Shown here piece after piece: positions 31,614 through 41,532 of a stretch of 64,000 nucleotides of DNA. The position numbers and the translations under genes were made by a program. The DNA is from an uncultured delta proteobacterium (lineage in GTDB: Bacteria; Myxococcota; UBA727; VGSZ01), in contig CAVZJB010000009.1 of the NCBI GenBank assembly GCA_963775425.1, positions 160,001 through 224,000 of the forward strand. Direction: 5' to 3'. Under the pieces are notes generated by a model. The model was not told the DNA's origin. It searched no databases and saw only the letters and a list, made by a program, of their open reading frames with translations. Within the stretch, counting starts at the first letter, position 1; each line of letters starts with the position of its first letter.

Positions 31614-32383
31614 GCGCCGTCCTCGTCCTCGCCACGCAGAACGCGAAGAAGCGGCGCGAGCTCGAGGACCTCGTCGCGGGCGGGCCGTGGCTCGTGCGCA
31701 CGCTCGACGACGTCGGCCTCGGCGGCCTCGCGATCGAAGAGACCGGCGCCACCTTCGCCGAAAACGCCCGCATCAAGGCCGACGCCGTGCTCGCGGCGCT
31801 GCCCGAGGGCGAGCGCCGCGAGACCTTCGCCGTCGTCGCCGACGACTCGGGCATCATCGTCGACGCGCTGTCTCCCCCCGCGCGGCGCGACGCCCCCGAG
31901 CTCCCCGGCGCGCCCGCCGGCAGCCGCCACGACGGCCCGGACGCAAAGCCCGGCGTGCGCTCGGCCCGCTTCGCTGCCGACCACGGCGTCGAGATGCTCG
32001 GGCCCACCGTCGATGACGCCAACAACGCGCTGCTGCTCTTGTTGCTCGAGGCCGTTCCGGACGAGATGCGCGGGGCGCGCTTCGCCTCCGCCGTGTGCGC
32101 CGTCGTCGTCCAGACCGGCGAGCACCTCGAGGCCTTCGGCACCGTCGAGGGCCGCATCGCCCGTGACCTCGAAGGCGACGGCGGCTTCGGCTACGACCCG
32201 CTGTTTCTCCCCGACGAGGCCCCGGGCCGCCGCATGGCCGAGCTCACGCCCGACGGCAAGCACGCCATCTCCCACCGCGGCCGCGCCATGCGCGCGCTCC
32301 TGGCGCAGCTCACGGGCCGCGCGGAGGCCTCCCGCGGGCCCGCCGCGGAGGCGTTCGTCTTCAAGCGCGCGCGGCCCCGCTGA
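31610..32383 (+). CDS. rdgB: Non-canonical purine NTP pyrophosphatase
   Basis: LATQNAKK, EETGATFAENARIKA, ADDSG, GFGYDPLF, KHAISHRGRA; follows rph. Confidence 0.92.
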   Translation: MSAVLVLATQNAKKRRELEDLVAGGPWLVRTLDDVGLGGLAIEETGATFAENARIKADAVLAALPEGERRETFAVVADDSGIIVDALSPPARRDAPELPGAPAGSRHDGPDAKPGVRSARFAADHGVEMLGPTVDDANNALLLLLLEAVPDEMRGARFASAVCAVVVQTGEHLEAFGTVEGRIARDLEGDGGFGYDPLFLPDEAPGRRMAELTPDGKHAISHRGRAMRALLAQLTGRAEASRGPAAEAFVFKRARPR

Positions 32384-32421
32384 CGCGGCGGCCGGACGGC
32401 TGCAAAAGCGCGGCGGCGCGG

Positions 32422-33141
32422 CTACGAGCGGCCGCGGGAGACGGCTTTGGGGTCCAGGCCCTCGCGGACGAGGAGGCCCTTGCCGCGCTGCTCGATGAAG
32501 CCGCGACGCTGGAACTCCGAGAGGGCGCGCGACACCGTCTCGCGCGAGGTGCCGATGCGCGAGGCGATGTGCTGCTGCGTGGGCATCTTCTTGATGAGGT
32601 GCCCCTCGGGGACGGGGTCGCCCTCTTCTTCACAGCGCTCGAGGAGGAACCGGGCCACGCGACCGTAGACGTCGAGGAGCGCGAGGTTGCCGATGCTCTC
32701 GTCGGCGCGCCGCAGGCGGACGCAGACCTCGGTCATGACGTTGATGGCGATGGTGGGATAGCCGCGCAGCGCCTGGAGGAACTCGCGGCGCCCGAGGCGC
32801 AGCACCAGGGCGTCGGTGAGGCAGGCGACGTTGGCGGAGCGGGGCTCGCCGTCGACCAGCGACATCTCGCCGAAGAAGCTGCCCGGCCCGAGCGTGGACA
32901 GGATGATCTCGCGCCCGTTGTCGCTCCACAACGAGACCTTCACCTCGCCCTCGGCCACGATGTAGAGCGCGTCGCCCGGGTCCGTGGCGGACACGATCAC
33001 CGTGTCTTTGGGGTAGTGCTTCTCGGTGATGATCAGCGACAGACGCGCGAGATCGTCGTGGTCGAGCCCCGCGAAGAGCGGGACGTCCTTGAGGAGGTCC
33101 ACGATCTGGCGCGCCCTCGTGTTGGTCGACGTCGATGTCAT
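32422..33141 (-). CDS. Crp/Fnr family transcription regulator
   Basis: FFGEMSL..PRSA cNMP pocket; IGTSRETVSR HTH. Confidence 0.92.
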   Translation of the reverse strand: MTSTSTNTRARQIVDLLKDVPLFAGLDHDDLARLSLIITEKHYPKDTVIVSATDPGDALYIVAEGEVKVSLWSDNGREIILSTLGPGSFFGEMSLVDGEPRSANVACLTDALVLRLGRREFLQALRGYPTIAINVMTEVCVRLRRADESIGNLALLDVYGRVARFLLERCEEEGDPVPEGHLIKKMPTQQHIASRIGTSRETVSRALSEFQRRGFIEQRGKGLLVREGLDPKAVSRGRS

Positions 33142-33184
33142 GGAACCCTCCGTGCGCGACGCTAACCGTGCGCCGACGGCGCGG

Positions 33185-33523
33185 TCAAGAAGCAGGGCCG
33201 TTCCTGGCAAGGGCCTCCCGGACCAGCTCCTCGAGCGCGGCGCGCGCCTCGTCGTCGAACCCCACCAGCTCGATGCCGTACCCGCCGTCGGCGTTGCGCA
33301 CCACGCGGCCCTCACCCTGCAAAAAGTGGCGTCCGTCCCTCGTCGTGAGCTGGACGAAGACCCGGGTCCCCACGGGCTTCGCCTCGGTGGTCGAGATGAA
33401 CATCCCCGAAACCGACACGTTCAGCGCGTACTCGGTGCGCAGCTCCTCGAGGGCCCCGAAACGGTACTGCACGAGGAGGGGCACGTCGACGCGCGGGTGC
33501 CGCCGGCGGTTTTGCTCGGTCAC
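33185..33523 (-). CDS. PilZ domain protein (myxobacterial type)
   Basis: RRRHPR and NVSVSG c-di-GMP-type motifs; GTG overlaps the EVE stop. Confidence 0.85.
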   Translation of the reverse strand: MTEQNRRRHPRVDVPLLVQYRFGALEELRTEYALNVSVSGMFISTTEAKPVGTRVFVQLTTRDGRHFLQGEGRVVRNADGGYGIELVGFDDEARAALEELVREALARNGPAS

Positions 33524-33936
33524 CGGGCAAGCTCGAGGATGGCGGCCGCCTCCTCCGGCGTCACCGGGCACACCGAGAGCCGGGACTGCTTGACCAGGGC
33601 CATGCCCTTCAGGAGCTCGTGCGCCTTGAGCGCGTCGAGGCCGACGGGCCTTTTCAGGGCCCGCTTGGGCACGAGGTCCACGACGACCCAGGGCTGCTTC
33701 GGGTCGTCGTCGTTGGGGTCCGGGTAGGCCGCCTTCTTCACCTCCGCGATGCCCACGATCTCCCGCGGACCTACCGAGTGGTAGATGAAGCAGCCGTCGC
33801 CGACCTTCATCGCGCGCAGGTTGTTGCGGGCGGTGTAGTTGCGGACGCCGTCCCAGGCGGTCCCGCCGTCCTTCACGAGGTCGTCCCAGGAGTACGTCCC
33901 CGGCTCGGTCTTCAAGATGAAGCGCGGCGCCGCCAC
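33520..33936 (-). CDS. EVE domain protein
   Basis: LKTEPGTYSWDDL..WDGVRNYTARNNLRAMKVGD..YHS..SRLSVCPV. Confidence 0.93.
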   Translation of the reverse strand: MAAPRFILKTEPGTYSWDDLVKDGGTAWDGVRNYTARNNLRAMKVGDGCFIYHSVGPREIVGIAEVKKAAYPDPNDDDPKQPWVVVDLVPKRALKRPVGLDALKAHELLKGMALVKQSRLSVCPVTPEEAAAILELAR

Positions 33937-34374
33937 TCAGGGCCTCCCCACCGGCGGCCCGTCGACGAGGAGCGCGCTCCGGGCCGCGACCACGCGAGCG
34001 CGCAGATCGCCGCCGTCCTCGAGGATCTCGACCTCGGTGCCGAAGGCGTCCTCGAGGTACGGCAGGCGCGTGGCGAGCTTGCCCCAGACCTTCGCGGGGG
34101 CCTTGTCGGCGAAGGCGCGCTTGAGGGCGGCGTAGGCGGCGCGATCGACCTCGACGAAGACGCCGTACACCGATCCCTTCGGGTGCCCGAGCGGCACGGT
34201 GAGGACGGCGCGGACGAAGCCGCGGGTGGCGCCGGGCTCGTGGAGCACCACCGTGTCGCTGCCGGCCCGCACGCGGCGCGCGCGCTCGTCGTCGGAGAGC
34301 GACAACACGGCCTCCGGCCAGCGCGCCGACAGCGCCGTCCGCTCACGCTCCTGCACCACGGGCAAGCGTTTCAT
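33937..34374 (-). CDS. DUF2199-like protein
   Basis: FVRAVLTVPL..YGVFVEV..WGKLATRLP. Confidence 0.6.
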   Translation of the reverse strand: MKRLPVVQERERTALSARWPEAVLSLSDDERARRVRAGSDTVVLHEPGATRGFVRAVLTVPLGHPKGSVYGVFVEVDRAAYAALKRAFADKAPAKVWGKLATRLPYLEDAFGTEVEILEDGGDLRARVVAARSALLVDGPPVGRP

Positions 34375-34421
34375 GCCGGGGACCCTACGGAGTTGCCACG
34401 CGAGGCGTTAGCCTCGTGTCG

Positions 34422-35213
34422 ATGAAGTTTACGCCGAAGCTGCCCCACACGGTGCCCGAGTCGTTGAAGATCGTGAAGCCGGACCCGGGGCCGCTCGTCA
34501 AGGCGCGGACGCACGAGAAGAAGGCCGAGGTCCTGCGCAAGGACGAGGAGCAAAAGCCGCACCTCGAGTACCTGGAGCGCTGGAAAGCCCTGGAATTCAC
34601 GGTGACGCCCATCGAGGGCCGCGCCCGGCACGAGTGGCGCAACAAGCTCGGGGCCGAGCCGCGCGAGCACCAGATCATCGGACACCTGATCGCGAGCCTG
34701 CCCCGCCCGCGCATGGACGCGCTGTTCCGCCACGAGAACATCGGGAAGCTGAACGTGGCCTTCGGACATCGGGACCTCAGAAAGATCGTCGATGACAACG
34801 AGCTCCTCCAGGATCTCGGCATCGATTGGCCGACCTTCCTCGACGCGAAGCGCGACTTCAAGTTTCAGCTCGGGATCCAGACCTACAAGAGCGCGCAGGC
34901 GCTGGCGGTTTACTTGACCGTCGTGCGCGCCGCCTGTGATCCCAAGGTGCGAAAGACGAAGAACTTCGTCACCGACGTCGAGGTGCTGAAGCTCGCCGGC
35001 GACCTGCTGCGCGACGTCACCACGCACATCATCGAGGAGATGCAGGCGGCACACGACTCGTTCTTCGCCGTCGGCGACCGAAAGCAGGTCGGCGAGGCCT
35101 TCCGCGTCGACCGCGCCAGGAAGAGCGGCCGGCCCGTCCCCGCTGCCGACGCCCAAAAGGGCCGCCCGGCGCCCAAGGGCGACCTCCGCCCCAAAGGCGG
35201 CGTCAAGGCGTGA
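34422..35213 (+). CDS. Hypothetical protein
   Basis: Protein-like composition and codon usage; no motif recognised. Confidence 0.7.
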   Translation: MKFTPKLPHTVPESLKIVKPDPGPLVKARTHEKKAEVLRKDEEQKPHLEYLERWKALEFTVTPIEGRARHEWRNKLGAEPREHQIIGHLIASLPRPRMDALFRHENIGKLNVAFGHRDLRKIVDDNELLQDLGIDWPTFLDAKRDFKFQLGIQTYKSAQALAVYLTVVRAACDPKVRKTKNFVTDVEVLKLAGDLLRDVTTHIIEEMQAAHDSFFAVGDRKQVGEAFRVDRARKSGRPVPAADAQKGRPAPKGDLRPKGGVKA

Positions 35214-35272
35214 CCGCGGCGGCGGGCAAGCCGCGCCACACGTACGAGCTCCGGCCTGACGCGCGCGCCACG

Positions 35273-35312
35273 AAAAAAGCGAAGCGCGCCCCCGAAAGGA
35301 GGCGCGCTTCGC
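35273..35312 (-). terminator. Intrinsic terminator
   Basis: GCGAAGCGCGCC/GGCGCGCTTCGC 12-bp stem with T6 on the minus strand, downstream of the di-heme gene. Confidence 0.8.
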
Positions 35313-35333
35313 GTTCGGCTCGACGTCAGAGCG

Positions 35334-37343
35334 TCAGAGCGTCTTCAGGTAGGCCACGAGGTCGCTGGCCTCGTCGTCGGTGAGCTGGCTGCCATGGCCC
35401 ATCTTGTCGGTGCGCACGACGTTGTTCACGAGGTCGCGCAGGGTGGGCTCCGAGCCGTCGTGGAGGTACGGCGCCGAGCGGTTGAGGCCGTGGAGCACCG
35501 GGGTCTGGAACAGGCGGATGTCGCTCGCCGAGGCCTGCGTGCCGACGTCGTGGCTGAGGTTGTCGGTGAAGTGACCGCCGCCGTGGCAGCTCGCGCACTG
35601 GGTCGCGTCGCTGTAGAAGAGCTGCTCGCCGCGCTGCTCCTGCTCGGTGAGGTCACGCTGGCTGGTGGCCGACGGCGCCGGACGAAGCTGGTCGATGTAC
35701 GCGGCGATGTACTGGAAGCTGCCCGCGTCGAGGCCGGTGCCGCCCATGAAGGGGAGCACGGTCATGTCGTTGAGCGCCGGCACCGTGGGCACGTCGCCCG
35801 GCCAGTGGAAGGGCGCGGTGTCGAGGATGCCGCCGCCGAGCTGCGGGGTGTTGCGGGGGCCGAACACGAACTGCCAGGTGCGGCCGTCGTTGCGGCCGTC
35901 GGGGTGGCAGGTGGCGCAGCTCACCGCGGCGTTGGCCGAGATGCGCGAGTCGGTGGCGTCGTGGAAGAGCTTGCGGCCGATGGAGGCCTCGGGCGACAGC
36001 GCGTCCTCGATGCCGAGGTCGATGGTCTTGGCCGCGAGCTCCGGCACGAGCCCGAGCTCGGGCGCCGCCACGGGCTGGCCGTTTTGGTCGGGGACGAACT
36101 TGGACGCGGTGTCCACCTCGTCATCGACCTTGGGCAGCGCGATGACCGACACGGTGCGATCGAACTGGTTCCACACGTAGGCGGTGGTGCCGTCGTCGGA
36201 GACGGTCACGGACTGCGCGCCGTTGCCGAGGCTCACGGTGGCGATGACGTCCTTGGCCACGCCGTGCAGGTCACGGCGGAGGAGCAGCGCGTTCTTGGAG
36301 CCGAGGTTCACGACCATCATGCCGCGGCCGCCGTCGAAGAGCGCGAGCGCGGTGGGGTTTTGCACGTGGGTGCCGGCGAGGCGGCTCTCGTGCGGGTTGA
36401 GCACGTTCGGCGGGTTGGGCGTGACGCCGAAGAAGCCGCCGCCGCCGCAGTCGAAGCAGTCGTCGACGGGCGCGCCCTCGAAGGCGCCGTTGGTGGCTTG
36501 CTGCTGCTGCTGCGAGGTGGGGATGACCACGGTGTCGTCGGTGGGGTTCACCTCGGTGATGCTCGGCGTCACCGCGGGGAGCTCCTGCTGGCAGCCGCTG
36601 TAGCCGCAGTTGGCGCCCTGGTCCGGCGCTCCGGGATCGTCGATGGGGGCGCGGACGGTGTCCACGTTGGCCTGCGTGTTCACCGACAGCACCGTGGCGG
36701 TGTTGTCGTCGACGGTGAGGGTGCGCAGGTGCTCGGCCACGATGCGCGGGCCGAAGTCGTTGCGGGTGGTGACGTCGACGCGGGTGGCCACGCCGGTGTC
36801 GAGGCGCACGTGCGAGAACGAGCCGGTGGCCATGTGCGAGACGTACAGCGAGCCGTCGGGGAGCAGGGCCACGCCGCGCGGGTCGCGGTCGCCGAGCTGG
36901 ACCTTCTGGCGGACGCTGCCGTCCTTCACGTCGACGACGGCGAGGGCCGCCTCGCCGGCGAGCGCCACGGCGATGTCGCCGTTTTGGAGCTCGACCATGC
37001 CGAACGGCTCGATGCCGACGTCGATGCTCTGGACCACGGCGCCGCGGTTCACGTCGACGATGACGACGCTGTTGCCGTAGCGGGTGCTGACGGCGGCGTT
37101 GCCGTTTCTGAGCTGGATGACGTGGGCGGGGGAGTCCCCGACGTCGACGCGGTGCTCGAGCTTCATCGTCGCGCGGTTGACGATGAGGAGCTGGCCGTGG
37201 TCCTCGGCCGCGATGAGCAGCTTGTCGTGGGTGGCGGCGATGGCGCTCGACACGGGGCCGTGCCCGGGGTCGATGGTGCGCGCGGGCGGCTCGCAGGCGA
37301 GCGCTGCGGCGACCAGGCAAACAAGAGCGAGTACTTTCTTCAT
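35334..37343 (-). CDS. Lipoprotein with YVTN-like beta-propeller and di-heme cytochrome c peroxidase-like domain
   Basis: Lipobox ALAC; VGDSP/VGIEP blades; CATCH and CASCH; RNTP; APYLHDGS. Confidence 0.88.
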   Translation of the reverse strand: MKKVLALVCLVAAALACEPPARTIDPGHGPVSSAIAATHDKLLIAAEDHGQLLIVNRATMKLEHRVDVGDSPAHVIQLRNGNAAVSTRYGNSVVIVDVNRGAVVQSIDVGIEPFGMVELQNGDIAVALAGEAALAVVDVKDGSVRQKVQLGDRDPRGVALLPDGSLYVSHMATGSFSHVRLDTGVATRVDVTTRNDFGPRIVAEHLRTLTVDDNTATVLSVNTQANVDTVRAPIDDPGAPDQGANCGYSGCQQELPAVTPSITEVNPTDDTVVIPTSQQQQQATNGAFEGAPVDDCFDCGGGGFFGVTPNPPNVLNPHESRLAGTHVQNPTALALFDGGRGMMVVNLGSKNALLLRRDLHGVAKDVIATVSLGNGAQSVTVSDDGTTAYVWNQFDRTVSVIALPKVDDEVDTASKFVPDQNGQPVAAPELGLVPELAAKTIDLGIEDALSPEASIGRKLFHDATDSRISANAAVSCATCHPDGRNDGRTWQFVFGPRNTPQLGGGILDTAPFHWPGDVPTVPALNDMTVLPFMGGTGLDAGSFQYIAAYIDQLRPAPSATSQRDLTEQEQRGEQLFYSDATQCASCHGGGHFTDNLSHDVGTQASASDIRLFQTPVLHGLNRSAPYLHDGSEPTLRDLVNNVVRTDKMGHGSQLTDDEASDLVAYLKTL

Positions 37344-37394
37344 CTGGGCTCCCCTGGGGCTCCTGTGTGGAGCGATCGAAACCGCCGGCCAGGC

Positions 37395-37411
37395 TGCGCG
37401 ATCCATGCCAG
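37395..37411 (-). promoter_or_regulatory. Candidate sigma54 promoter
   Basis: CTGGCATGGATCGCGCA (GG-N10-GC) ~50 bp upstream of the start codon. Confidence 0.5.
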
Positions 37412-37494
37412 CCTAGCAGACCCTCCCGCGCCCTATGGCACGGCATCCAGCTGCGGTCGGTGACGGCGGCACACCGGAGCGCTTGGCGGCGGCC

Positions 37495-38877
37495 TCAGTT
37501 TTTCGTGTGGGATCTGCGGGTGTCAGGCAGCGGGGCGCGGCCTGACGGCGCCGGCAGGGCCCGCGCCTCGGGCCCCGCGATCAGCCGGGCGCCGCGGTTG
37601 CGGGTCACGTACGAGTAGGCCCATTGCACCGCGACCAGCACGCGGTTTTCGAAGTCCACGAGGTACAGGATGTGGACGAAGAGCCAGGCGAGCCACGCCA
37701 GCACCCCCGTCAGGCGGAGGTCGAGGCCGAACCCCACGCGAGCGACCGCCCGGTTTCTGCCGATCACCGCCATCGTGCCCTTGTCGAAGAAGCGGAAGGC
37801 GCCCGGGTCTCGCCCCGCGAGCCGCGCGCGGATGGCGCGGGCGACCCAGGCGCCCATCTGCATCGCCACCGGCGCCACCCCCGGCAGCGGCGCGGGCTTG
37901 TCCGCCGTCTCCGCCGCCCCCGGCGGCGACGCGGGGTGGGCGAAGTGGGCGAGGTCGCCGGCGACGAAGATGTCGGGGCGACCGCTCAGCGTGCAGTCGG
38001 GCTCGACGACGACGCGGCCCGCGCGATCGAGGGTGGCGCCGACCCGATCGTGCAGGATGCGGCCGAGAGGCGAGCCGGCGACGCCCGCGGCCCACAGCAC
38101 GGTGCGTGCGGCGACGCGCTCGCGGCCCGTCTTGACCTCGACGTCGACGCCGCCGTCGTCGACGCCGACCACGCGCGCCTCGAGCTCGACGCGGACGCCG
38201 AGGCGCTCGAGCGCGCGCAGCGCGTAGCTGGCCTGCCGCTCGCTGTACATCGAGAGGATGCGGTCCAAGCCCTCGACGAGGATGATGCGCGCCGACGCTG
38301 GATCGATGCGGCGAAACTCTCCGCGCAGGGTCTGTCGCGCGAGCTCGCCCAGGGCGCCGGCAAGCTCGACGCCGGTGGGCCCGCCGCCGACGATGACGAA
38401 GGTGAGCCACGCCCGCCGCGCCTGCTCGTCGTCCTCGAGCTCGGCGTTTTCGAACGCGGCGAGCACGCGGCCGCGGATCTCGGTGGCGTCCTCGACGGTC
38501 TTGAGCCCCGGCGCGGGCGCCGCCCACTCGTCGTGGCCGAAGTAGCTGTGGGTGGCGCCGGTGGCGACGACGAGGCTGTCCCAGGGGACGCGCTCTCCCG
38601 AGGACAGGAGCACCGCGCGCGCGTCGGTGTCGAGGTCCTCGACGTCGCCGAGGATCACGCGCGCGTTCTTGACGCGCTTGAGCACGGAGCGCAGCGGCGC
38701 GGCGATGTCCCCGGGCGACAGGCCGCCGGTGGCGACCTGATACAGGAGGGGCTGGAACAGGTGGAAGTTGCGCCGGTCGATGACGGTGACGTCGACGGCG
38801 GCCTTTCTCAGCTCCTGGCAGCAGCGCACGCCGGCGAACCCGCCCCCGATGACAACGACCCGGTGCGCCGCGCTCAT
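37495..38877 (-). CDS. ndh: Type II NADH dehydrogenase
   Basis: GGGFAG, HLFQPLLYQVATG, GGGPTGVELAG, LWAAGV, DKGTMAVIGR. Confidence 0.92.
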   Translation of the reverse strand: MSAAHRVVVIGGGFAGVRCCQELRKAAVDVTVIDRRNFHLFQPLLYQVATGGLSPGDIAAPLRSVLKRVKNARVILGDVEDLDTDARAVLLSSGERVPWDSLVVATGATHSYFGHDEWAAPAPGLKTVEDATEIRGRVLAAFENAELEDDEQARRAWLTFVIVGGGPTGVELAGALGELARQTLRGEFRRIDPASARIILVEGLDRILSMYSERQASYALRALERLGVRVELEARVVGVDDGGVDVEVKTGRERVAARTVLWAAGVAGSPLGRILHDRVGATLDRAGRVVVEPDCTLSGRPDIFVAGDLAHFAHPASPPGAAETADKPAPLPGVAPVAMQMGAWVARAIRARLAGRDPGAFRFFDKGTMAVIGRNRAVARVGFGLDLRLTGVLAWLAWLFVHILYLVDFENRVLVAVQWAYSYVTRNRGARLIAGPEARALPAPSGRAPLPDTRRSHTKN

Positions 38878-38919
38878 GTGCGGAGCGATACCACGGCGCC
38901 TTCCCTTGTCACCGGCGGC

Positions 38920-39171
38920 TCACTCGTCGTCGGGCTTTGGGACGAGCGGCTTGGGCTCGGGCGGAGGCGCGTCGTCGAGCAGCTCGTGAAAGACCGTCTC
39001 GCCGGTCACGAGCATGCGCCGCACGTACGGGTTGCACAGCCGGCACGAGATGCCGAACTCGACGTGCTCCTGCAGCTCCTCGAGCGTGGTCGCCCCCGTG
39101 CGCTCGGCCGCGGCCTTCAGCTCGGTGAACGTCTTGTGGAAGCACTCGCAGCGCACGATGCGGACCGTCAC
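38920..39171 (-). CDS. BFD-like [2Fe-2S] protein
   Basis: RCEC...GISCRLCNPY; GTG start with GAGG RBS. Confidence 0.78.
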   Translation of the reverse strand: MTVRIVRCECFHKTFTELKAAAERTGATTLEELQEHVEFGISCRLCNPYVRRMLVTGETVFHELLDDAPPPEPKPLVPKPDDE

Positions 39172-39299
39172 CGCCTCGAGCTTATCCGCGCGCGCGCCGC
39201 GCGCGCGCCGCCGGTGCGCTTTGCCCCGGCTGCGTGAGCCAGGAGGCCGCATCGCGACGCTCAGGAAACGAACGACCGCGTCCGAACGCGACGGGCGTG

Positions 39300-39316
39300 T
39301 TGGATCGCTGCTTGCG
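39300..39316 (+). promoter_or_regulatory. Candidate sigma54 promoter
   Basis: TTGGATCGCTGCTTGCG (GG-N10-GC, TTGC box). Confidence 0.45.
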
Positions 39317-39378
39317 TCCTCTTGGCGGACCGGCGGCAACGCCGCCGCCGGTGGCCACCGCGGAACGCAGGAGGTCCC

Positions 39379-40482
39379 ATGCTCCGCATCATCCCCATCG
39401 CCATCTTCGCCGCGGGCCTGGCCGCCTGCGGCGCTTCACCGCCGCTACAACCCATCACGCCTTCGACGAGCTGCAACGCCACCGCGCTGCAGGTCGCGCC
39501 CGGCGACGGGGCCGGCCCGCTGCACCGCATGACGCCGATCGCCGCGACCTGGACAGGCACCGCGACCAACGTCTTCTTCGACGTGCACGCCGGCGCCAAG
39601 GCCGTCGCCGGGGAGACCTTCGTCGACGACAACCGCGCCGTCTTCCTGCCCACGGAGCCGCTGCCCGCGTCGAGCACGATCACCGCCCGCGTCAGCGTCT
39701 GCGGCTTCGTCGACACGAGCACGTTCACCACCGGCGCCATCCTGCACCCGCTACAGGAGCTCGACACCTGCGTGGGCCAGCCCTACGGCATGGACCTGCG
39801 CACGGCGCACTGGGCGGCGCCGAAGCCCGCGAGCGCCATCGCCGAGGTCATGCTCAAGTGGCGCCTCGCGCCGACCCTGCTCGTGATGCTCGAGGCCGTC
39901 GACGGCAACACAGGCACCTTCGCGCTCATCCCCGGGAAGCTCGACAAGGACGGCAACACCGTGCCCGATCCGTCGCGGAGCGCGCAGTTCCTGACGGCGG
40001 ACCTCTCCGGCAACCCGTACGTGTCGCTCACGCCGGACAACTTCCCCGTCGCCGTGGGTGACGGCGCCGTCTCCCTGCGCAGCGTCGATCTCGTGCTCGG
40101 CCTCGGCGAAAACGGGCTCGAGGACGGACGCCTGTCCGCCGAGGTCGATGTCCACGGCATGCGCGGCGTCGACAATCCGTGCGCGGTGCTCCACGACCTC
40201 ACCGGCCAGGGCTGCTATCCGTGCGACGAGACCGACTCCCTCGGCAGTTGCTTCCTGCTCGAGATGAACGACGTGACGGCGCTCCCCACCGACGTCGCGC
40301 TCGGCGTCATCGGCACGCCGCCGTTCCTCGGCGGAGACCCGCTGGCCCCGCGGCCCGCGAGCACGGCGCCGGCCGTCGACCTGCCGCAGATCCCCGACCT
40401 GCGCATCGGCTGCCCCGACGGCTTCTGCCCGCCGTACCCGGTGGCGGCGCCCCCGCCGTCTCCGTGGCCCCCCGTTGACTGA
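39379..40482 (+). CDS. Lipoprotein with Ig-like N-terminal domain
   Basis: RBS AGGAGG; lipobox LAAC; FLPTEPLPASSTIT..FTT Big_5-like segment. Confidence 0.75.
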   Translation: MLRIIPIAIFAAGLAACGASPPLQPITPSTSCNATALQVAPGDGAGPLHRMTPIAATWTGTATNVFFDVHAGAKAVAGETFVDDNRAVFLPTEPLPASSTITARVSVCGFVDTSTFTTGAILHPLQELDTCVGQPYGMDLRTAHWAAPKPASAIAEVMLKWRLAPTLLVMLEAVDGNTGTFALIPGKLDKDGNTVPDPSRSAQFLTADLSGNPYVSLTPDNFPVAVGDGAVSLRSVDLVLGLGENGLEDGRLSAEVDVHGMRGVDNPCAVLHDLTGQGCYPCDETDSLGSCFLLEMNDVTALPTDVALGVIGTPPFLGGDPLAPRPASTAPAVDLPQIPDLRIGCPDGFCPPYPVAAPPPSPWPPVD

Positions 40483-40488
40483 CGGCCG

Positions 40489-40956
<468 letters not shown>

Positions 40957-41046
40957 CGACCCGTTCTGTCACGCCCTGGAGAGTCCCGCCAATTCACGAT
41001 GCCGTGAGACGGGCGCCGGCACGAGCGCGAGGCTGACGCATCACGT

Positions 41047-41532
41047 GTTGATCCGAGCCACCCGGAAGGGGCCGGTGCTACGGCCACACGGCGGAGCGGA
41101 GAGGAGCTCCGAGCTCGGCGACGAAGACGCGCGCCGAGTTGAGCGCCGGGGCGCCGAGCTCTCCGCTGCTTTCCGCTCCGGCGGTGGCGACGTTGTCTAG
41201 CCTCCGCTGATTCCGAGCGCCCAAGCACTCGCAACTCACCGAGATTTGCGCGCCAAGATGCGGCTCGAGCGATCCACCTTGCACGGTGAAGGGCTGACGA
41301 CGAACGACGACGCCTGCCGTTTTATCGTCGGCGATCTGCGCCCGAGTCACGACGTCATCGCCAGGTTCCGCGTCGATCACGGCGCCGCGTTCGACAAGCT
41401 CCTCACCCGCCGTTTCCTCACAACCTGCAGCGGTTCTTGCGCGCCGACGTGCCTCGCCACGTACTCCGCGCGGCGAGCCACCGTGTGGCGGCTTCGCCGA
41501 GTGCTGCTACGAGCCTTGTTTTTCGTCAGCCT
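41047..41532 (-). mobile_element. Modular MITE-like intergenic element, copy 3
   Basis: Same terminal blocks; ~200-bp unique interior. Confidence 0.75.
41290..41407 (+). pseudogene. IS1182-family transposase fragment
   Basis: LTTNDDACRFIVGDLRPSHDVIARFRVDHGAAFDKLLT resembles the DUF772 region (D.AFRWI.GD..P.H..IS.FR..H) of IS1182 transposases. Confidence 0.55.
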
